Of a stretch of 20,978 nucleotides of DNA, positions 16,429-20,978 are shown in pieces; the stretch's first letter is position 1; every line of letters begins with the position of its first letter. Origin of the DNA: an uncultured Clostridia bacterium (GTDB lineage Bacteria; Bacillota; Clostridia; TANB77; UBA1234). The stretch spans positions 1 to 20,978 of the forward strand of contig CANQLS010000004.1 in NCBI GenBank assembly GCA_947624765.1, read 5' to 3'. The notes under the pieces are model-generated. The model was given only the letters and a program-made list of their open reading frames with translations, ran no database searches and was not told the origin of the DNA. The translations under genes and the position numbers were made by a program.

Positions 16429-17337
16429 ATGGGGTTTTTTGAAAAATTAAAACAGGGATTAACTAAAACAAAAGAAGCAATAAGTAATCAAATTAATAAT
16501 GTATTTAGTAATTTTAGAAAAGTAGACGAGGAGTTGCTTGAAGAACTAGAAGAAGCTTTAATTATGTCAGATGTAGGTGTAGAAACATCTGTAAAGATTA
16601 TTGATAATCTAAGAAATAGAATTAAATTAGAAAAAGTAGAAGATGCCGATAAGGTAAAAGAAGTTTTAAAAGAAGAAATCGCAAAGATTTTAAGTGAAAA
16701 AGATACAACACTTCATTTAGAAAATACGCCGGCTGTTATCTTAGTAGTTGGTGTAAATGGAGCAGGTAAGACTACGTCTATAGGTAAAATGGCAGCTAAT
16801 TTAAAAGCTGACGGGAAAAAAGTTTTAGTTGCAGCTGCAGATACATTTAGGGCTGCAGCAATTGATCAATTAGAGGTTTGGACTAACCGCGCACAAGTCG
16901 ATTTATTAAAACGTCCAGAAGGCTCTGATCCTGCATCTGTTGTATTTGATGCTGCAAGAAAAGCTAAAGAAGATAATTATGATGTTTTAATTGTAGACAC
17001 AGCAGGAAGGCTTCATAGTAAGAAAAATTTAATGGACGAATTAGGAAAAATGCAACGAGTGTTAGAAAAAGAATTACCAACTTCTTCACAAGAGGTACTT
17101 ATTGTGTTAGACGGTACAACGGGCCAAAATGCTCTAATACAAGCGAAAGAATTTGCTGAAGTAACAAATATTACAGGAATTATTTTAACAAAATTAGACG
17201 GTACTGCAAAAGGTGGTGTAGTAATAGGGATTTGTTCCGAATTAAATATGCCAGTTAAATTCATTGGAGTAGGAGAGCAAATTTCAGATTTGCAAGTATT
17301 TAATCCAAAAGATTTTGCAAATGCATTGTTAGAATAA
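16429..17337 (+). CDS. ftsY: Signal recognition particle receptor FtsY
   Basis: MGFFEKLKQGLTKTKEAISNQINNVF...GVNGAGKTTSIGKMAANLKADGKKVLVAAADTFRAAAIDQLEVW...DVLIVDTAGRLHSKKNLMDEL...LTKLDGTAKGG...IKFIGVGEQISDLQVFNPKDFANALL. Confidence 0.97.
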   Translation: MGFFEKLKQGLTKTKEAISNQINNVFSNFRKVDEELLEELEEALIMSDVGVETSVKIIDNLRNRIKLEKVEDADKVKEVLKEEIAKILSEKDTTLHLENTPAVILVVGVNGAGKTTSIGKMAANLKADGKKVLVAAADTFRAAAIDQLEVWTNRAQVDLLKRPEGSDPASVVFDAARKAKEDNYDVLIVDTAGRLHSKKNLMDELGKMQRVLEKELPTSSQEVLIVLDGTTGQNALIQAKEFAEVTNITGIILTKLDGTAKGGVVIGICSELNMPVKFIGVGEQISDLQVFNPKDFANALLE

Positions 17338-17353
17338 ATTGAAAAGAATTGTT

Positions 17354-17388
17354 AAAAATACTCATTAGGTGATTTAATGAGTATTTTT
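17354..17388 (+). terminator. Intrinsic terminator after ftsY, overlapping the next gene's start
   Basis: AAAAATACTCATTA (17354..17367) and TAATGAGTATTTTT (17375..17388) form a perfect 14-bp stem with a U-run in the 3' arm. Confidence 0.75.
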
Positions 17389-17658
17389 CATAGTAAATTA
17401 GAAAAGAAGATTGATAAACTCTCTCAAAAAATTGAGATGATAAAAATAAATGAATATGTATTATTAATGCAGGATACAAAAAAACTTCTATGGAAAAATT
17501 TTTTAGCAGGAATAAGTAGAGGAATTGGTTCAGCAATTGGTTTTACTATTTTAGGTGCAATAGTATTACTTATTTTGCGAAAGCTTGTATTACTTAACAT
17601 ACCTGTCATTGGTAATTTTATAAAAGACATTATTGAAATTGTGGAGCAAAGAAAATAA
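17377..17658 (+). CDS. Small membrane protein, DUF5665-like
   Basis: 93 aa: LWKNFLAGISRGIGSAIGFTILGAIVLLILRKLVLLNIPVIGNFIKDIIEIVEQRK; AGGTGA SD at 17367..17372. Confidence 0.75.
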   Translation: MSIFHSKLEKKIDKLSQKIEMIKINEYVLLMQDTKKLLWKNFLAGISRGIGSAIGFTILGAIVLLILRKLVLLNIPVIGNFIKDIIEIVEQRK

Positions 17659-17741
17659 TGTACGACTTGGTCAAAACATATTATCAAAATATTGGTATTA
17701 TGATATACTAATACAAACATTCCAAATTTGAGGAGGAATAT

Positions 17742-19442
17742 ATGAAAAAAAATTTGTCCGTTATGGAGCCAGATAAATTTGATAATATGAAAGAATTAAT
17801 ACAAAATACAGTCAAAAAGTATCCTAATGATTTAGCCTTCAAATTGAAAATTAAAGATGGTAAATATCGTGAAATTACATATACAGAGTTTTATGAAAAT
17901 ATAGTATCATTTGGAGCATATCTTTTGGAAAAAGGTTATCAAGGTAAAAAGATAGCTTTGATTGGAAGAAATCGTTATGAATGGCTTCTTTCATATTTTG
18001 CAACACTTTGTGGTGTAGGAATTATCGTGCCTTTAGATAAAGGTCTTCCGCCTCAAGAAATTTCTTCTTCACTTAAGCGTAGCAATTGTGAAGTTATAAT
18101 TTTCGAATCTAAATATGAAGAAGTTATGAAAAATATTAAAGAAAATGAAAATACTACCGTAAAAGAATTTATTTGCATGGACGATAAAACAGAATTCATG
18201 CCTATTTCACGTTGCTTAGAAGAAGGAAGAAAATTATCACATAAAAAGTATTTAAATCAAAAAATAGATTCTGATGCACCAACTATTCATTTATATACTT
18301 CTGGAACTACTTCATCTTCAAAAGCAGTTATGCTTTCTCAAAAAAATGTAACTTCTAACGTAAGAGCTTTGTCATCTGCAGTAAAAAAACAAGAAAATGA
18401 TGTTGTAATTGCATTTTTACCTTTTCATCATACACTTGGTATGATAGGCACATTATATTGTTTGGCTTATGGAGTGCCACTTGTATTTTGTGATGGTTTA
18501 AGATACATTAAGCAAAACTTAGTTGAGTACGGTGTTACTGTATTTATATCAGTTCCACTTATTATTGAAAGTATGTATCAAAAAATTATGCAAGAGGTAG
18601 AGAAACAAGGAAAACTAAAAAAATTGAAATTTGGTATGATGATTTCAAAATTTTTGCAAAAGTTTGGAATTGATATAAGAAGAAAGTTATTTCAAGATGT
18701 TCTTAATGGCTTAGGCGGTAGATTAAGATTAATTGTAAATGGTGGAGCGGCAATTGAAAGAACTGCTTTGGAGGGCTTTAGAAATTTTGGTATAGAAACT
18801 TTGCAAGGCTATGGTTTAACTGAAACATCACCTATTTTAACTGTAGAGAGAATTGGAGAAACGAAACGCGACTCAGTAGGATATCCATTACCAGAGGTTG
18901 AAGTTGCAATTGAAAATCCAGATGAAAATGGTGTAGGCGAAATTAAAGCAAAAGGTCCTAACATTATGAAAGGCTATTATGAAAATGAAGAAATGACAAA
19001 TGAAGTATTAAAGGACGGTTGGTTTTATACAGGCGATTTGGGACGTATTGATAAAGATGGATTTTTATACATAACAGGCAGAAAGAAAAATGTTATTGTT
19101 TTGAAGAATGGAAAGAATGTATTTCCTGAAGAGTTAGAAACAGAATTATTGGGTTATCCTTATATTCTTGAAGCATTAGTTTATGATGTAATAGATAAAG
19201 AAAAAAATGTTACGCTAGGTGCAAAAATTGTATATAATAAGGAAATGTTTGCTGATAAAACGCCAGAAGAAATACAATCATTAATTTGGAAAGACATTAA
19301 AGATTTTAATAAAACAATGACAAACTATAAACATATTCAAGAAATTATTGTAACAGATGAACCAATGGAAAAGACTAGTACGAATAAGATTAAGAGATTT
19401 GTTGAGATAGAGAAGATTAGAAATTTAATGAATAATGGATAA
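17742..19442 (+). CDS. AMP-dependent (long-chain fatty acid-CoA ligase-like) synthetase, second paralog
   Basis: LYTSGTTSSSKAVMLSQ, GYGLTETSPILTVERIGETKRDSVGYP, GWFYTGDLGRIDKDGFLYITGRKKNVIVLKNGKNVFPEELE; closely similar to the 10328..12001 product. Confidence 0.93.
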   Translation: MKKNLSVMEPDKFDNMKELIQNTVKKYPNDLAFKLKIKDGKYREITYTEFYENIVSFGAYLLEKGYQGKKIALIGRNRYEWLLSYFATLCGVGIIVPLDKGLPPQEISSSLKRSNCEVIIFESKYEEVMKNIKENENTTVKEFICMDDKTEFMPISRCLEEGRKLSHKKYLNQKIDSDAPTIHLYTSGTTSSSKAVMLSQKNVTSNVRALSSAVKKQENDVVIAFLPFHHTLGMIGTLYCLAYGVPLVFCDGLRYIKQNLVEYGVTVFISVPLIIESMYQKIMQEVEKQGKLKKLKFGMMISKFLQKFGIDIRRKLFQDVLNGLGGRLRLIVNGGAAIERTALEGFRNFGIETLQGYGLTETSPILTVERIGETKRDSVGYPLPEVEVAIENPDENGVGEIKAKGPNIMKGYYENEEMTNEVLKDGWFYTGDLGRIDKDGFLYITGRKKNVIVLKNGKNVFPEELETELLGYPYILEALVYDVIDKEKNVTLGAKIVYNKEMFADKTPEEIQSLIWKDIKDFNKTMTNYKHIQEIIVTDEPMEKTSTNKIKRFVEIEKIRNLMNNG

Positions 19443-19479
19443 TTCATAATTTACTATATCTTTGGGGGGAATAAGAAAA

Positions 19480-20739
19480 ATGAAAATTGGTTTTGTGTCA
19501 TTAGGCTGTAGTAAAAATTTAGTTGATACAGAAAGAATGATAACATATTACAAAGAACAAGGTTATGAGGTGGTTAATATTCCACAAGAAGCAGATATTA
19601 TTGTGGTTAATACTTGTGGATTTATTGAAAGTGCAAAAAAAGAAGCAATTGATACAATTTTAGAAATGGCAGATTATAAAAATAATGGAAATTGTAAAAA
19701 GCTTATCGTGACAGGTTGTTTAGTGGAACGATATTATGAAGAACTACAAAAGGAATTACCAGAAGTAGATTTATTTATTCCGCTTCGTGATTATATGAAC
19801 GCTTTTCAAAATTTAGAAAAATATGAGAGGCAAATTACTACAGGAGAAAATTATGCATATCTTAAAATTGCAGAAGGATGTAGTAATAATTGTACATATT
19901 GTGCAATCCCGTTAATTAGAGGTCCTTATATTAGTAGACCGATGAATGATATTTTAGAAGAAGCAAAAACATTATCACAAAAAGGAATTCAAGAAATTAT
20001 TGTTATTGCACAGGACACAACTAAATATGGAATTGACTTATATGGAGAAAGTAAATTGCCTGAACTATTACAAGAGTTGTGCAAGTTTAATTTTAAATGG
20101 ATTCGTTTTTTATATGCTTATCCAGAAAGCATTACAGAAGAATTAATTCAAGTTGTAAAAAATAATCCAAAGATTTGCCATTACTTTGACATTCCTGTTC
20201 AACATATTTCTGACACTGTTTAGAAACGAATGAGTAGAAAAACGACAGGCGAAAGAATAAAAAATATTATTAAAAAAATACGTGAGGAAATTCCAGATGT
20301 TATTTTGAGAACATCATTAATAGTAGGTTTTCCTGGAGAAACTGAAGATGATTTTGAGGAATTAAAAAAATTTGTAAAAGATACAAAATGGGATAGATTA
20401 GGTGTATTTCCTTATTCAGCAGAAGATGGTACACCAGCAATAAAATTAAAAGAACATATTGATGATAAAACAAAACAAAAACGTTATCGTGAAATTATGC
20501 GAATACAAAAACGTATTTCTAATAAAAAGAATCAAGAGATGTTAGAAAAAGAATTATCTTGCATGATAGAAAATGAAACTGATGACGGAAAATATTATAT
20601 TGGAAGATCTTATCGTGATGTACCAGATGAAGATGGTGTAGTATTCATAAAAAAAGATAAAAAACATAAAAGTAAAGACTTTGTGAAAGTTCTAGTTACA
20701 GACTCAGCCGATTATGATTTAGTTGGTATTGAAAAGTAA
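19480..20739 (+). pseudogene. rimO: Ribosomal protein S12 methylthiotransferase, interrupted by in-frame TAG
   Basis: MKIGFVSLGCSKNLVDTERMITYY...CNNCTYCAIPLIRGPY...[60 protein letters not shown]... and C-terminal TRAM-like region. ORFs 19462..20223 and 20230..20739 are in the same frame, separated only by TAG at 20221..20223. SD GGGGGGAA precedes ATG 19480. Confidence 0.92.
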
Positions 20740-20795
20740 CATTGTTAATCAATTAAGAAAATATATTAATATATATGAAAGGAATGATTTTAAAA

Positions 20796-20978
20796 ATGAA
20801 TTTACCAAATAAGATTACTGTTTTTAGAATTCTATTAATACCTGTTATCATCATTGTTTCATTGATACCACAGACAAGTGTAGCCTTTTGGGGCATTACT
20901 TATTCTAATTTACTCATTTTAATATTATTTTTAATTGCTTCATTCACTGATTTTTTAGATGGATACTTGGCTAGAAAA
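20796..20978 (+). CDS. pgsA: CDP-diacylglycerol--glycerol-3-phosphate 3-phosphatidyltransferase, N-terminal part (runs off window)
   Basis: MNLPNKITVFRILLIPVIIIVSLIPQ...LILFLIASFTDFLDGYLARK; D-x-x-D-G-x-x-A-R CDP-alcohol phosphotransferase motif start, directly after rimO as is common in Firmicutes. Absent from the ORF track because it is open at the window edge. Confidence 0.9.
   Translation, partial: MNLPNKITVFRILLIPVIIIVSLIPQTSVAFWGITYSNLLILILFLIASFTDFLDGYLARK

Noticed and set aside
15860-16429. Minus-strand ORF of 189 aa opposite the exported coiled-coil gene
   Set aside because: The + strand gene has signal peptide, SD/coupling and operon context; the minus ORF has no supporting features and arises from reverse-reading of codon-biased AT-rich DNA.
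20221-20223. TAG in rimO as evidence for a reassigned amber codon (e.g. pyrrolysine or recoding)
   Set aside because: TAG serves as a normal terminator for other genes here (e.g. the GNAT ending at 1658 and the ORF ending at 6051), and a single TTG>TAG change explains the site.
1-20978. CRISPR arrays, tRNA/rRNA genes, transposases
   Set aside because: No regularly spaced direct repeats, no cloverleaf-like GC-rich tRNA segment, and no transposase-like ORF could be recognised by eye; tRNAscan-SE and ISfinder would be decisive.

Overview
This 21 kb AT-rich window looks like the chromosome of a Firmicutes/Clostridia-type bacterium; the lineage call is inference from codon bias, gene order and protein flavour. 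Essentially all credible genes are on the + strand. Left to right it contains: (1) scarred accessory DNA with an aldo/keto reductase remnant fused out of frame to a flavodoxin-family oxidoreductase remnant, a RelE/ParE-type toxin-antitoxin pair, a GNAT enzyme, a carboxymuconolactone decarboxylase-family gene with a two-operator promoter and a TetR gene, and a flavodoxin/amidohydrolase chimeric junction; (2) a VanZ-like gene with no obvious start codon, a DUF3841-like gene split by an apparent 1-nt frameshift, a second GNAT, a MazG-like pyrophosphohydrolase and an A-type flavodiiron protein; (3) a coiled-coil protein, TetR, a long-chain acyl-CoA synthetase-like enzyme and another helical protein; (4) an OmpR-type two-component system with two uncharacterised envelope proteins, ftsY, a small DUF5665-like protein, a second acyl-CoA synthetase-like paralog, rimO interrupted by an in-frame amber codon, and the start of pgsA. 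I found no CRISPR array, transposon or recognisable defence island. The best second-look items are the chimeric deletion scars, the two single-nucleotide gene disruptions, the paired TGACA-N3-TGTCA operators on a consensus promoter, a duplicated hairpin-containing intergenic element, a hairpin between a Shine-Dalgarno and its start codon at ~12.1 kb, a terminator hairpin that overlaps the next gene's translation start at ~17.36 kb, and a ~320 nt structured leader ahead of the two-component system.
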